In this document: positions 50,021-60,334 of the stretch, piece by piece | How the letters are laid out: each line of letters starts with the position of its first letter | Position numbering within the stretch: position 1 is the stretch's first letter | From: an uncultured Nitrospiraceae bacterium | GTDB lineage: Bacteria; Nitrospirota; Thermodesulfovibrionia; Thermodesulfovibrionales; Dissulfurispiraceae | Assembly (NCBI GenBank): GCA_963705105.1 | Contig: CAVPIW010000008.1 | Coordinates: 32,001 to 96,000, forward strand | Length of the DNA stretch: 64,000 bases | Direction: 5' to 3' | The notes under the pieces: generated by a model | Seen by the model: only the letters and a program-made list of their open reading frames with translations | Told to the model about the DNA's origin: nothing | Databases searched by the model: none | Made by a program: the position numbers and the translations under genes

Positions 50021-50056
50021 ACCTTTCAGTTGCATGAAAAGGCGGGCCGCAACGCT
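50021..50056 (+). repeat. Long hairpin repeat, left-end fragment
   Basis: ACCTTTCAGTTGCATGAAAAGGCGGG. Confidence 0.7.
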
Positions 50057-50082
50057 GTCCGCGCTGACGAGGAGTTATTCTC

Positions 50083-50880
50083 ATGAATACAAAAATGCCC
50101 GTCCTTTTCGCCGCTCACGGCTCGCCGATGAACATCGTCCTCGACAACGACTTCACGAGGAGCCTCAAAGCATGGGGCAGGAAGCTGCCCCGTCCCAAAG
50201 CCATCATGGTCGTCTCGGCCCACTGGCTCACAAAGGGTACCTTTGTCGGCTGTATGGACCATCCACGGACGATCCACGACTTTTACGGCTTCCCCGACGA
50301 ACTGTACCGGCTGACGTACCCCTGCCCCGGCTCGCCCGACGACGCCCGGTTCGTAACCACCGCCGTGAAAGCGCCTCCCGTTTCATGCGATATGACGTGG
50401 GGGCTCGATCATGCGTCCTGGGCCGTCCTGAGGCATCTCTATCCGGGGGCGGACATCCCGGTTTTCGAATTGAGCCTTGACTACTCGTGGAACGACTGGC
50501 ACGCGAAGCCTCTCCGGTATCATTACGACCTGGCGCGGCAGCTCTCGGGACTCCGGGACCGAGGCGTCCTCGTCATGGGGAGCGGCAACATCGTTCATAA
50601 CCTCGCCATGCTTGACTGGGAAAACATCGATGCCGAACCCTTCGACTGGGCCCGCCGGTTTGACGAAGAGGTGAAGAAGAGCCTGCTCGGCGGTAATCAC
50701 GAAGCGCTCATCCGCTATCAGGACATGGAAGGGTCGGCATCCCTTGCCGTCCCCAGCCTGGATCATTACCTGCCGATGGTCTATGCGATCGCGCTGCAGG
50801 AAGAAAACGAGCCCCTCACGTTTATTCACGAGGGCTTTCAGTACGGATCGGTCTCGATGCGCTGCTTTCAGATCGGGTAG
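50083..50880 (+). CDS. ygiD: 4,5-DOPA extradiol dioxygenase-like (LigB family)
   Basis: HGSPM, SAHW, HDFYGFP, GLDH and GSGNIVHNL. Confidence 0.9.
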   Translation: MNTKMPVLFAAHGSPMNIVLDNDFTRSLKAWGRKLPRPKAIMVVSAHWLTKGTFVGCMDHPRTIHDFYGFPDELYRLTYPCPGSPDDARFVTTAVKAPPVSCDMTWGLDHASWAVLRHLYPGADIPVFELSLDYSWNDWHAKPLRYHYDLARQLSGLRDRGVLVMGSGNIVHNLAMLDWENIDAEPFDWARRFDEEVKKSLLGGNHEALIRYQDMEGSASLAVPSLDHYLPMVYAIALQEENEPLTFIHEGFQYGSVSMRCFQIG

Positions 50881-50883
50881 AGG

Positions 50884-51933
50884 ATGAGTGATCCCGTCGG
50901 GCTTCTCGTGAGGCTGGTCGAGTCGGAATATATTCCTGATGCGGTGATACGGGCGGGGATCAGGTCCCTGAACAGGAAGAGGCTGAGACTGGAGCACCGG
51001 GGTGGAGGCGAGGCCCTGAGCGAGCATCGGCGACATTTTATCGAAATGCTGAGGCACAGCCCTATCGCCGTGATGACCGATGCCGCAAACAGGCAGCACT
51101 ACGAAGTCCCCGCCGATTTTTTCCTGCTCGTCCTCGGAAGGCGCCTGAAGTACAGCTGCTGCCTCTACCCGAAGGGGACGGAGACCCTCGACGAGGCTGA
51201 GGAGGAGATGCTCCGTCTCACCTGCGAGCGGGCGCAGATCGGCGACGGCATGGACATCCTGGAACTGGGCTGCGGCTGGGGATCACTGACGCTCTGGATG
51301 GCGGAGCGGTATCCGCTGTCGAAAGTCACAGCCGTCTCGAACTCCACACCCCAAAGGGAGTTTATCGAAGACCGCTGCAAAGAAAGGGGCATGGCAAACG
51401 TCAGTGTCATTACTGCAGACATGAATTATTTCGAGACGGACAGACATTTCGACAGGATCGTTTCAATAGAGATGTTCGAACACATGCGGAACTACGAAAA
51501 ACTGCTGGGGAAAGTAGCGTCCTGGCTGAAGCCGGAGGGGAAGCTCTTTGTGCACATCTTCAGCCACAGGGAATATGCCTATCTGTTCGAAATGGAGGGC
51601 GGGGACGACTGGATGGGACGGCACTTTTTCAGCGGAGGGATCATGCCCTCCGACGACCTGCTGCTCCATTTCCGGGACGATGTGGTCGTTGAGGCCCATT
51701 GGCAGGTGACGGGCACACATTACGAGAAGACGGCCGAGCACTGGCTGGCCAACATAGATGCAAGGAAAAGCGCATTGATGCCTGTCCTGGAAAAGACTTA
51801 CGGGAAAGCCGACGCCTCACTCTGGTTGCGGCGCTGGAGGATTTTTTTCATGGCCTGCGCGGAGCTCTTCGGGTTTCGCGACGGCCGGGAATGGGGCGTC
51901 TCTCATTATCTCTTCCGAAAGCGACGTTATTGA
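50884..51933 (+). CDS. SAM methyltransferase, CFA/coclaurine-NMT-like
   Basis: QHYEVP, KYSCC, LELGCGWG and SIEMFEH. Confidence 0.9.
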   Translation: MSDPVGLLVRLVESEYIPDAVIRAGIRSLNRKRLRLEHRGGGEALSEHRRHFIEMLRHSPIAVMTDAANRQHYEVPADFFLLVLGRRLKYSCCLYPKGTETLDEAEEEMLRLTCERAQIGDGMDILELGCGWGSLTLWMAERYPLSKVTAVSNSTPQREFIEDRCKERGMANVSVITADMNYFETDRHFDRIVSIEMFEHMRNYEKLLGKVASWLKPEGKLFVHIFSHREYAYLFEMEGGDDWMGRHFFSGGIMPSDDLLLHFRDDVVVEAHWQVTGTHYEKTAEHWLANIDARKSALMPVLEKTYGKADASLWLRRWRIFFMACAELFGFRDGREWGVSHYLFRKRRY

Positions 51934-52475
51934 ACGTGAAAGCGGTTGTTGCACACTTTCGCCAGACCACAGAGCGCCGGCATGGCGACTGCCCATGCGA
52001 TAGCGATACCCAACAGCGCCTGAAAATCCGGTATGGCCGTCATTGCGCCCAGTTTCGCCCCGCTGTAATAGGCCAGGGGACCGCCGACAGCACCGAAGGC
52101 GGACGCGAGCAGATAGCGTCCCCGGAGCCAGGCCATGGACACATTCAATGTCATGGCGAGGTTCACCCAGAGCATTACCATCCATAGGGAACTGAAGGGA
52201 TGAGGGAAGCCATAGGGAATGGGCGTGAAAAGGCCAGCCGCGATGAGACCCGAATCGACGGCAAACCCCGTCAAAGCTGCGGACAATGCCAGCAGCAGCT
52301 CAGGTCGCCAGTCCGGAGAAAGCGCAAGGTGTACGGCAAGAGCGATCGGGACGACGACCACGCCGAGCCAGGGCACTCCGTGGGCGGCACCGAGGACGGC
52401 GACGAACCAGGATGCCTGAAAGGTGACGACATTGACGATTTTTCGCAGGCCCGATCCCTGCGTCACCGCGGTCAT
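51927..52475 (-). CDS. DUF2878 membrane protein
   Basis: N..FQ..W and GAVGGPLAY..GAKLG; ATGA overlap with cfa. Confidence 0.8.
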   Translation of the reverse strand: MTAVTQGSGLRKIVNVVTFQASWFVAVLGAAHGVPWLGVVVVPIALAVHLALSPDWRPELLLALSAALTGFAVDSGLIAAGLFTPIPYGFPHPFSSLWMVMLWVNLAMTLNVSMAWLRGRYLLASAFGAVGGPLAYYSGAKLGAMTAIPDFQALLGIAIAWAVAMPALCGLAKVCNNRFHVQ

Positions 52476-53761
52476 CGGGCCTGCCGCGGAAGAATGTCCC
52501 CAAGGCGGCATGCCGGCTTCGCAAGGATCATCTGGACGTCCCCGACGTACCGCTCGCTGAATGCCGCCTCGCAATAACTGAGATAAAACTCCCACATCCT
52601 TATAAAACTCTCGGGATAGCCGAGGTGCCTGACCTCCGGGAGACGGGCAAGGAACCTCTCCCTCCAGAGTTGGAGCGTTTTCACGTAATGGTGCGTAATG
52701 TCCTCGAGGTGAATGAGCTTCATGTCCGTCGCATCGGAGATGGAGCGTGTGATCGCGCTGATCGACGGGATGACCCCCCCGGGGAAAATATACCGTATGA
52801 TGAAGTCCGGTGAGCGCAGATGGGACCTGTAGACCTGGTCGGTCATCGTGATCGCCTGGAGGGCCATCAGGCCGTCGTCCTTCAGCCTGTCGGAGCAGGT
52901 CCTGAAATAGCGGTCAAAAAAATGGTTCCCCACGGCCTCAATCATCTCGATAGAGACGACCTTGTCGAAAGTCCCCTTCAGTTCCCGGTAATCCTCCAGC
53001 AGGAGCTCTATCCGGTCTGACAGACCCGCCTGCGCAACCCGCTCCTTCGCCCAGTCGTATTGATTGCGGGAGATCGTGGTCGTCGTAACCCTGCAGCCGT
53101 ACTGCGTCGCCGCATGGATTGCAAAACCGCCCCAGCCCGTCCCGATTTCGAGGACCAGATCGCGGGGACGGAGCGCGAGCTTCCTGCAGATGAGGTCGTA
53201 CTTCGCCAGAGCCGCCTCTCCGAGTGTGGAATCTTCACGCTCGAAGATGTTGCAGGAGTATGTCATGGTCTCGTCGAGCCAGAGGGAATAAAAGTCGTTT
53301 CCTATGTCGTAGTGCGCCGCAATGTTCCTCCTGCTCCCCCGCTTCGTGTTTTTACGAAGGGCATGCAACAGTTTATGGAGCAACGCGGTAAAACGCGCCG
53401 CCCCTCCCTCCATCTCCAGCAGTACCCCCCTGTTCAGGAGGATGATCCTGATCAGCGCCGTCAGATCATCTGTGGACCAGTAACCGCACATGTACGATTC
53501 GCCGGCACCGATGCTCCCCCCGAAAGCGACATCGGCGTAAAAGGCGGGATCAGAGACGGTGATGGTGACGCGGGGCGGTCCGTCATCCCCGAAATCGAAC
53601 CGCTCTTTTGCCTCCACGATGGTAATCCGGCCACTCCTTATCTTTGCCAGAAGAGACAGGACTTGTCGTCTCGCGATTTTTGTCAGCGCGCCGATTAGTC
53701 CTGACGGAATGATGCGCAGACCCGGCATGCTGCGCGTCGGCACAATACCGTCCCGGCTCAT
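52472..53761 (-). CDS. cfa: Cyclopropane-fatty-acyl-phospholipid synthase family methyltransferase
   Basis: NIAAHYD.GN, LEIGTGWG, SIEMIEAVG, YIFPGG and YLSYCEA. Confidence 0.92.
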   Translation of the reverse strand: MSRDGIVPTRSMPGLRIIPSGLIGALTKIARRQVLSLLAKIRSGRITIVEAKERFDFGDDGPPRVTITVSDPAFYADVAFGGSIGAGESYMCGYWSTDDLTALIRIILLNRGVLLEMEGGAARFTALLHKLLHALRKNTKRGSRRNIAAHYDIGNDFYSLWLDETMTYSCNIFEREDSTLGEAALAKYDLICRKLALRPRDLVLEIGTGWGGFAIHAATQYGCRVTTTTISRNQYDWAKERVAQAGLSDRIELLLEDYRELKGTFDKVVSIEMIEAVGNHFFDRYFRTCSDRLKDDGLMALQAITMTDQVYRSHLRSPDFIIRYIFPGGVIPSISAITRSISDATDMKLIHLEDITHHYVKTLQLWRERFLARLPEVRHLGYPESFIRMWEFYLSYCEAAFSERYVGDVQMILAKPACRLGDILPRQAR

Positions 53762-53762
53762 G

Positions 53763-54530
53763 TCACTTCACCACTCCGGCACTTTTCGGTGGATGGGTGT
53801 AAACGGGCACGCCCTTCATCCAGAGCCGCAGGGCCTGCCAGTAGATGCCTGCAACGACCTTGACCGTCATGAAGGGGTACCTGATAAGCATGAGCGCCAG
53901 GCCAGGGCCGCTGATCTCCCTTCTCGTCATGGCCAGGTCGGCCTCGAAGATTTTCTTTCCCTTTTCCATGTTGATCATATGTACATTCAGGGCCGGGCCG
54001 GGCTCCGTAAAGGACCAGTCATACTCGATGTCCATATCGATGAAGGGAGAGACATGGAAGGCCTTGGTGAGCATGAATCGCTTCTGCGCCTCCGTCCCGA
54101 CGTTCTGCGCCCTGTCGAGCACATAGCAAAAGACCTCGCCCCAGGGGGTGTTGTGGACCTCGACGATGATCGTCTCGACGTGCCTGTCCGCCGCGTCGTA
54201 ACAGTAATAGAATGTGGCGGGGTTGAAGTTGTGCCCGAAATAACGCAAGTGGCACATCATACGGATGGGGCCTGCCGGCCTGATTCCGGTCCTCTGCTGG
54301 ACAAGGTCCCGGACGGCTGTGTCGATCGGCACGGCAGGATCGCCGAAGTGGTCCCTGCGCCTGAAGTACGCAACATTCACGCCCTTCACGGACCACAGCC
54401 AGCGCGATCTGAAAGCGGTCTCCATCTCCGCAAGGTCGAGGTACAGAAAAAAGATCGCATAGCGGAAGGAGTGCTCCTTGGGGACATAGCGCCTGTGGCG
54501 GACATGTCCTTCGTAAATCGCACTGACCAT
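53763..54530 (-). CDS. DUF1365 protein
   Basis: YEG.VRHRR, FNP..FYYC, EVHNTPW and KAFHVSPF. Confidence 0.9.
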   Translation of the reverse strand: MVSAIYEGHVRHRRYVPKEHSFRYAIFFLYLDLAEMETAFRSRWLWSVKGVNVAYFRRRDHFGDPAVPIDTAVRDLVQQRTGIRPAGPIRMMCHLRYFGHNFNPATFYYCYDAADRHVETIIVEVHNTPWGEVFCYVLDRAQNVGTEAQKRFMLTKAFHVSPFIDMDIEYDWSFTEPGPALNVHMINMEKGKKIFEADLAMTRREISGPGLALMLIRYPFMTVKVVAGIYWQALRLWMKGVPVYTHPPKSAGVVK

Positions 54531-55775
54531 TCAGAGCCCCTTCCCGAAGAACCTGCAGGCGGCCAGCGCACTGTTCACTCCGTCTTCGTGAAACCCGTAG
54601 CCCCAGTAGGCGCCGCAGTAATGCGTACGGTTCCTGCCGCTGATCTCGCCATGGCGCCGCTGCGTACGCGGCGCGTTGACCGTATACTGAGGGTGGTGAT
54701 AGAGATAGGTCCCAACGGTCTTCTCGCTCATTATAGCGCCGGGACGGTTCAGGGTGACGCAGAATTCCTCCCTGCAGTCGAGTGTCTGCAGAATGTTCAT
54801 GTTATACGTCAGCGACACCCTGGCAATCTCTTCCCTCGGGATGAGGTAGTTCCAGCTCGACCACAGTTTCCGCCGCTCCGGCAGGACCGACGAGTCCATG
54901 TGCAGGATGACCTGGTTCTGCTGGTAAGGGATCGAACCGAGGATTTCACGCTCCCGCGGAGTGGCGCTCTTCAGCATCCGTAATGCCTGGTCGCTGTGAC
55001 ATCCGAACACCACATGATCAAAGCGCTCGGCAATACCGTCCTCAGGGTGAACTTCGACATGATCCTCATGCCGCACGACTGTCCGGACGGGTGTGTTGAG
55101 CCTGATCCTGTCGGCAAAGGGCTTTGTGAGCTTCTCGACGTATCGCTTCGACCCGCCCTTGATGACCTTCCACTCGATGGGATGCCTGACCTCGAGAATG
55201 CCGTGGTTCCTGAGGAACTTCACCAGGCTCCGGAGCGGAAAATCGTGGATCCGGGCGGAATCGGTCGACCAGAGGGAGGAACAGAGAGGGAAGATAAAAT
55301 AATCGATGAACTGCCGCGAATATCCGTGCCTGTGGAGGTAAGATCCCAGCGCCTGCTCGTCGCTTCCCTCCCGGAGAAGGCCGGTAAAGGCGCTCCGGAA
55401 CCGCAGGATATCCAGGATCATCCGGTAAAAGGATGGCTTCAGAAGATTGCGCCGCTGCGCGAAAAAGGTGTCGAGATTATGCGGGCCGTATTCGAGTCCC
55501 GTCCGCTCGCATTTGACGCTGAAAGTCATGGCAGATCTCTGGTAATCCACGCCGAGTCTTTTCAGCAGCGTCACGAAATTGGGATAGGTCGTCTCATTGA
55601 ACACGATGAACCCCGTGTCGACGGCATAGGTCTTTCCCTCCACCTCCACGTCATGCGTGTCGGTATGGCCGCCGGCGTAATCGTTCGCTTCGAAGACAGT
55701 TATGTCGTTGTCCCCGCAGAGGAGATAGGCGGCGGTGAGGCCGGAAATGCCGGCGCCTATAACAGCTATCTTCAT
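54531..55775 (-). CDS. FAD-dependent oxidoreductase (fatty-acid desaturase-like)
   Basis: GAGISG, VDTGFIVFN..TYP and GAYWGYGFHEDG. Confidence 0.92.
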   Translation of the reverse strand: MKIAVIGAGISGLTAAYLLCGDNDITVFEANDYAGGHTDTHDVEVEGKTYAVDTGFIVFNETTYPNFVTLLKRLGVDYQRSAMTFSVKCERTGLEYGPHNLDTFFAQRRNLLKPSFYRMILDILRFRSAFTGLLREGSDEQALGSYLHRHGYSRQFIDYFIFPLCSSLWSTDSARIHDFPLRSLVKFLRNHGILEVRHPIEWKVIKGGSKRYVEKLTKPFADRIRLNTPVRTVVRHEDHVEVHPEDGIAERFDHVVFGCHSDQALRMLKSATPREREILGSIPYQQNQVILHMDSSVLPERRKLWSSWNYLIPREEIARVSLTYNMNILQTLDCREEFCVTLNRPGAIMSEKTVGTYLYHHPQYTVNAPRTQRRHGEISGRNRTHYCGAYWGYGFHEDGVNSALAACRFFGKGL

Positions 55776-55912
55776 GTCACCGCTCCCTGCACACTCGCTC
55801 TCATCAACAACAGCGTGCGGCGAGACCCTGAAAACGAGGATGGGGCTTGGTTTCTGAAGGAAATGTCACGGTAAACCTCGTATCGCATTATTTTGGAAAC
55901 CGGTGCTGCATG

Positions 55913-56335
55913 CTATTTTAACCAACGGTCGAAATGCGCTGCCGCGAGGGTCCCGACGGCGTTCAGGAAAGCGCCCCAGCAGATGTCGATGAGTGACAGG
56001 CGGAGCGGCCAGTCTTTCAGGAGCGAATAGTTCGTCATGTCATAGATCGTGTAGACCACAATTCCGTAAACCGCGCCCCAGAAAATACTGGACGTCACAA
56101 CGTTGTCCGGCGAGACCCTGGGCAGGGCGAAAAGCACGATGCCTGCGGGAATGGCGACATAGACGAGCAGCGCCGCCCAGATGACAGGCTGCAGGGCTTC
56201 GCCCGAGATCCTCAGGAACCCGCTCAGATCCTTTTTGTAGAGGCTTGATGCGAAGAATCCGAGCCAGATGTAATCAAGGACGAACAAAATCGGGGGGAGG
56301 CACAGGAATACCTTGATGTTATGCCACATGGGCAC
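55913..56335 (-). CDS. DUF2177 membrane protein
   Basis: LDYIWL, YDMTN..LKDW and DICWG. Confidence 0.85.
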   Translation of the reverse strand: MPMWHNIKVFLCLPPILFVLDYIWLGFFASSLYKKDLSGFLRISGEALQPVIWAALLVYVAIPAGIVLFALPRVSPDNVVTSSIFWGAVYGIVVYTIYDMTNYSLLKDWPLRLSLIDICWGAFLNAVGTLAAAHFDRWLK

Positions 56336-56340
56336 CTCCT

Positions 56341-57111
56341 TTATGCTTTCGGCGGGAGCGGAAAGAAAGCGCTTGTTCTCCGCCTGTAATCCTCGTAATC
56401 CCTGTTTCCCTCGTACTTCCTCTCAAGCATGGGGATGCCGGAGACTTTCAGGATCAGGAAAGTGATCGTTATCGGCCCGATGAGAGCGGCCAGACCGTTT
56501 CCGGATGACAGCGCCAGCAGGTAAATGCCCCACCAGAGGGTCACCTCGCCGAAATAATTGGGGTGCCGGCTGTAACGCCAAAGCCCGCTCATAATGACCT
56601 TTCCCCTGTTCGCGGGGTCTCTCTTGAAACGGAGGAGTTGCCAATCGGCGACGGCTTCAAACAGGAAGCCCGTGATCCAGACGAGCACGCCGGCGGCGTC
56701 CAGAAGGGACAAGGGTTCTGTCCCGGACGTGATGACAAGGATGACCGGCAGCGCGACCACGAGGAGCAGAAACCCCTGGAGCAGGAACACCTGGAAGAAG
56801 GCGCGTATGTTTGCATAATTTCCCCATTCCCTCCTCCAGGCCCTGTATCGGGCGTCCTCAGGCTTTCCCCTGTTCCGCAGGGAGACGTGAAGGGACAGGC
56901 GTATTCCCCAGACAGCGACGAGAGCCATGACGAGGTATGCCCGGGCATGGAGGTGTTCGCTGACCGCCGCCGCTGTCACGGCGGCGACGATAAAACCGGG
57001 ACCCCAGGCGATATCGGCGACATCGAATCGTGACAACGCCCGTGCCGCCAGGTACCATGCAGTCATGTATGCGGCGACAGCGACAGCCTCGGTCAGTAAT
57101 ATAATTTTCAT
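56341..57111 (-). CDS. DUF1295 (steroid-reductase-like) membrane protein
   Basis: DIAWG, ED.RY and GLWRYSRHPNYFGE. Confidence 0.9.
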   Translation of the reverse strand: MKIILLTEAVAVAAYMTAWYLAARALSRFDVADIAWGPGFIVAAVTAAAVSEHLHARAYLVMALVAVWGIRLSLHVSLRNRGKPEDARYRAWRREWGNYANIRAFFQVFLLQGFLLLVVALPVILVITSGTEPLSLLDAAGVLVWITGFLFEAVADWQLLRFKRDPANRGKVIMSGLWRYSRHPNYFGEVTLWWGIYLLALSSGNGLAALIGPITITFLILKVSGIPMLERKYEGNRDYEDYRRRTSAFFPLPPKA

Positions 57112-57170
57112 CTCATGCCGGAGTCCGTTTCAGACTCCTTCCCGTCCTCCTCCCAAAGATTCCGCCGGAT

Positions 57171-57668
57171 TCATGAAGTATTCCTCCCGAAGAGATAACT
57201 CCACTGCGCCCCCCGCAGCTCCTGCTCAAAACCCCACTTCACGACAAGGGTGTCCGCGTCACGCTCGATGATCCTTTTATGTGTGCGGCAGTATAGAGGC
57301 TTGTGTCCCAGGTAAACGTGGGCAAATTCATGGGCGATCGTGTAGAGGACGTCATTCCTCCCGTACTCGCAAAGGTTGGAGATGAAAAGGACAATCGTGC
57401 GAAGAGGGATCTCGGGGTCTCCCTGGCCGGAGTTGAAGGTCACGAAGGAATTCATTGCCGGCTGTGTGACCCGCAGGCCGGGAGCCCGCGCGAAGAAATC
57501 GAAGGCATTCTCCGGGAGCCTGCAGAAGAACTCCAGGAGATACTGCCCGAATCTGTCGTCGCAAGGCCCCAGGATGAGCCTGTCCACGAGATCTGTCGCA
57601 TAAGCCTGACGTGCGGCCCGATCGGGACGTTCGTTTTCCACGGATGCAATTCCTTTGACGTAAAGCAT
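57171..57668 (-). CDS. Hypothetical zinc metallopeptidase
   Basis: IAHEFAHVYLGH..E..AD; start uncertain. Confidence 0.6.
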   Translation of the reverse strand: MLYVKGIASVENERPDRAARQAYATDLVDRLILGPCDDRFGQYLLEFFCRLPENAFDFFARAPGLRVTQPAMNSFVTFNSGQGDPEIPLRTIVLFISNLCEYGRNDVLYTIAHEFAHVYLGHKPLYCRTHKRIIERDADTLVVKWGFEQELRGAQWSYLFGRNTS

Positions 57669-58036
57669 CGATCGCAGGAAACCTGCGGGGAGTCAGGTCA
57701 TCTGCCCTGTCACGTCCATGGAAAAAACTCCGGAAGTCCCGCTCCCCTGCGGTCTTCTGAAGGCTCAGCCCTCTTCAAATGAAGATCAGGCACATTTATA
57801 TTACTATGCTGTAGAAGATTTGGTAAATATTTCTTGAGAATGAAAAACACTGCAGGATGAAAGACGGCGCCCTCGTGCTCCATGCTCAGCGTTCATGAGC
57901 TTACGCAACGCCAGGGCCAAGAGTGTGGAACGAGAGTTGTTCCCCCGTTGAGTCTGCTTACTGACTCGTACTACCGGTGTGTCTGACTCATTGTCAGGGA
58001 ACAATGGGCTAATCCCCTAATCATGTCGATCAGGGG

Positions 58037-58432
58037 CTAAAGGCCAAGATCTAAAACAGGCAGGTCGATCATATCACGGCAGATGGTAGTGGTCCCCTGA
58101 TCGGACCAGGCAGCCAAACGTTGGCCTGCCCAGAAGGGCCTCACATCACTCTTGCCTACCCGAAATTCCAACTGGTTGCCGCTGACACACGCAGACGATG
58201 AGCTGAAGCTGCCGTTTCCTGCTGCCGGCACGAAGTAGTTGATATCGCTTCTCCCCTCCAGCATCCTCACCAGGATGTGCATGTCGGCGCCGAACTTGTA
58301 TCCGAACGTCGGGTCCAATGGTCCGTTCAGGACATAGCGCACATAGATAAAACTGCTGTCCTGGGCCAGATAGACTTCCCTGATATCCCGTCCGTTTTCA
58401 TAAGCCCTCCATCGATGATTCTCGTGAGTCAT
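58037..58432 (-). CDS. Hypothetical protein (possibly a C-terminal fragment)
   Basis: ORF starts 6 nt after the AAA gene; beta-rich. Confidence 0.45.
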   Translation of the reverse strand: MTHENHRWRAYENGRDIREVYLAQDSSFIYVRYVLNGPLDPTFGYKFGADMHILVRMLEGRSDINYFVPAAGNGSFSSSSACVSGNQLEFRVGKSDVRPFWAGQRLAAWSDQGTTTICRDMIDLPVLDLGL

Positions 58433-58438
58433 GGACCT

Positions 58439-59521
58439 CTACGTTCGGGAATAGGTCACGCTGTCTCTTTCGAACTCTTTTATGGTTTCATTCGTCAAGG
58501 TAGGACTGACTTTCCGGAGAAGGTGAAGAAACGTATCAGTCGTTACACGGTAGTCCTGCTTTGTTTCATATTCCTGTTCAAAAGAGAATTGAGCGACCTG
58601 CTGATACAGATATTCCAGGTCTGCGGGCGTATATCCGGACGTCTTCTTCACAACCAGATCCAGGTCGACGCCGCCGGTGTTCAGTTTCGCGAGGTAATGC
58701 TGCAGAATCGTCCTTCTCCCATCTTCGTCCAGGGCGCCAACGGGAATAATGCAATCGAAACGTCCGGGCCGGAGGAGTGCGGCATCCAGTTGCCGGATGT
58801 AGTTGGTGGCACAGACAAGCAAAACCTTGTTCCCCTGATTCTTGAGCAGAGGGACCTGTTTGAGAAGCTCGTTGGTAATGGATTTGTCAACCCGTCCTGC
58901 CGTGTCCCGACTGCCCGCCAATTCATCGAACTCGTCGATGAAGATGACCGCCTCCTCCAGATTTCGGGCCTTTTCCATTACCATATGCAGATTGGCACCG
59001 ATCTTCTCCACTCCCTCTGCCATGAGCATGCTCGGCAGTATCTCAATGTACCACCACGACAGGATGCCTGCAATCGCCTTTACAAAATGGGTCTTGCCGG
59101 TACCCGGGGGTCCGAAGAATATAATGGTCTTTGGCGGAGTCACGCCATGCTTGAGCGAGAGGCCCTCCTCCTTGAGAGGAAGGATGATTCTCCTTTGAAC
59201 CAGCTGTTTTGGAGGTTGCGAGTCAGATATGGTATCCCAAATTTCCCTGCTGATGGTCTGAGCCCCCATCTCTGTCAACAGGTCTCTCCGTTTGTACTCC
59301 ATAAACTCTTTGACGGCCTGATCCATGTTTTCGAGAAAATCAATGCAGGCAGTCCGAAACCCCACGTCGCGCCCAAGCTTTTCAGAGAGAAGCCACTTAT
59401 GCTGCAGTATCTTAGGCCAGAGGTCAGCCGCCATATCAGGCTCGAGTTTCATGCCGCTGGATTCAAATATCGTGCTTGCAGCAACCTCGGGTGATGGTAT
59501 CTCCGGCGCCGCTTCGTTCAT
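58439..59521 (-). CDS. AAA+ ATPase with DUF4032-like N-terminal domain
   Basis: HKWLLSEKLGRDVG; GPPGTGKT; IFIDE; ATN..LDAALLRPGRFD. Confidence 0.9.
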   Translation of the reverse strand: MNEAAPEIPSPEVAASTIFESSGMKLEPDMAADLWPKILQHKWLLSEKLGRDVGFRTACIDFLENMDQAVKEFMEYKRRDLLTEMGAQTISREIWDTISDSQPPKQLVQRRIILPLKEEGLSLKHGVTPPKTIIFFGPPGTGKTHFVKAIAGILSWWYIEILPSMLMAEGVEKIGANLHMVMEKARNLEEAVIFIDEFDELAGSRDTAGRVDKSITNELLKQVPLLKNQGNKVLLVCATNYIRQLDAALLRPGRFDCIIPVGALDEDGRRTILQHYLAKLNTGGVDLDLVVKKTSGYTPADLEYLYQQVAQFSFEQEYETKQDYRVTTDTFLHLLRKVSPTLTNETIKEFERDSVTYSRT

Positions 59522-59649
59522 ACTTTTCCTCCTTATGGCCGTGTCTTCTTAGCTTCTCGACGAAAAGCCCAAAAACGAGAGCCCTAACCCTCCAAACTGA
59601 GCTTGTGACACCTCAGGCTTTGAGACATGATGCCGATTTGGAAATTCTG

Positions 59650-60033
59650 TTAAAGCCATTCTCCCTTGTTCCATTTTCTCCTGTATTTTTCAAGCATGAC
59701 AAAAGCAAGCCATAGTTTTTCCATACTATCAAATTTTTCAAAGTATGACGATTTTTCTCCCATTAAGACATTGCTGAATGCTATAGCTAAATCCCAGGGC
59801 ATTGCATAATCTTCAATTACCATCTCCTGCAGTTGGTCTTGTCTTGGAATCCAAACAGCCTTTATCGTCTTTAAATAAGATACCTCTTTCTCAAGCTCAC
59901 TCATAATGGGCTGACATGGTGAAGTCAAGCCTAATGACATCGAGACATAAAAGTCTCCAAACTCAGGTTGCCACCGCGCTTGTATCTCTTCTATCCCCTC
60001 ACACATCCTGATATAGTCAGACGATCTATCCAT
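59650..60033 (-). CDS. Hypothetical protein, AT-richer
   Basis: SD AGGAGG; WIPRQDQLQEM..SMEKLWLAFVM. Confidence 0.7.
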   Translation of the reverse strand: MDRSSDYIRMCEGIEEIQARWQPEFGDFYVSMSLGLTSPCQPIMSELEKEVSYLKTIKAVWIPRQDQLQEMVIEDYAMPWDLAIAFSNVLMGEKSSYFEKFDSMEKLWLAFVMLEKYRRKWNKGEWL

Positions 60034-60334
60034 ACAACCTCCTAATCGTCAAAACATAAGGGCCAGCTGACACATCCTTATACCATCGATGTTTCACATA
60101 ATCCAGGAAATTCTGCCTTTACTTTCGTCAACGACGGTCATCAGCACAATTGTCGGCTGTTTCATCTCGCTTCTTCCCTCATATATAACCGATAAAGGGA
60201 TGGGTGTCAAGAGGAAAATAATGTTTCAGCTGTTCAATTACAGGGCCTGTGCCCGGAGTGTCGCGGGCAGTCAGAGGATCATGCGGTTGTGGGAATGACA
60301 ACTTGTACGGTCCTGCGTATGAACAGCCAAGTAC

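Noticed and set aside
60120..60180. Fluoride-riboswitch-like words (GAGATG..GCTGATGAC)
   Set aside because: The required pairing segments are absent and no fluoride-related gene follows.
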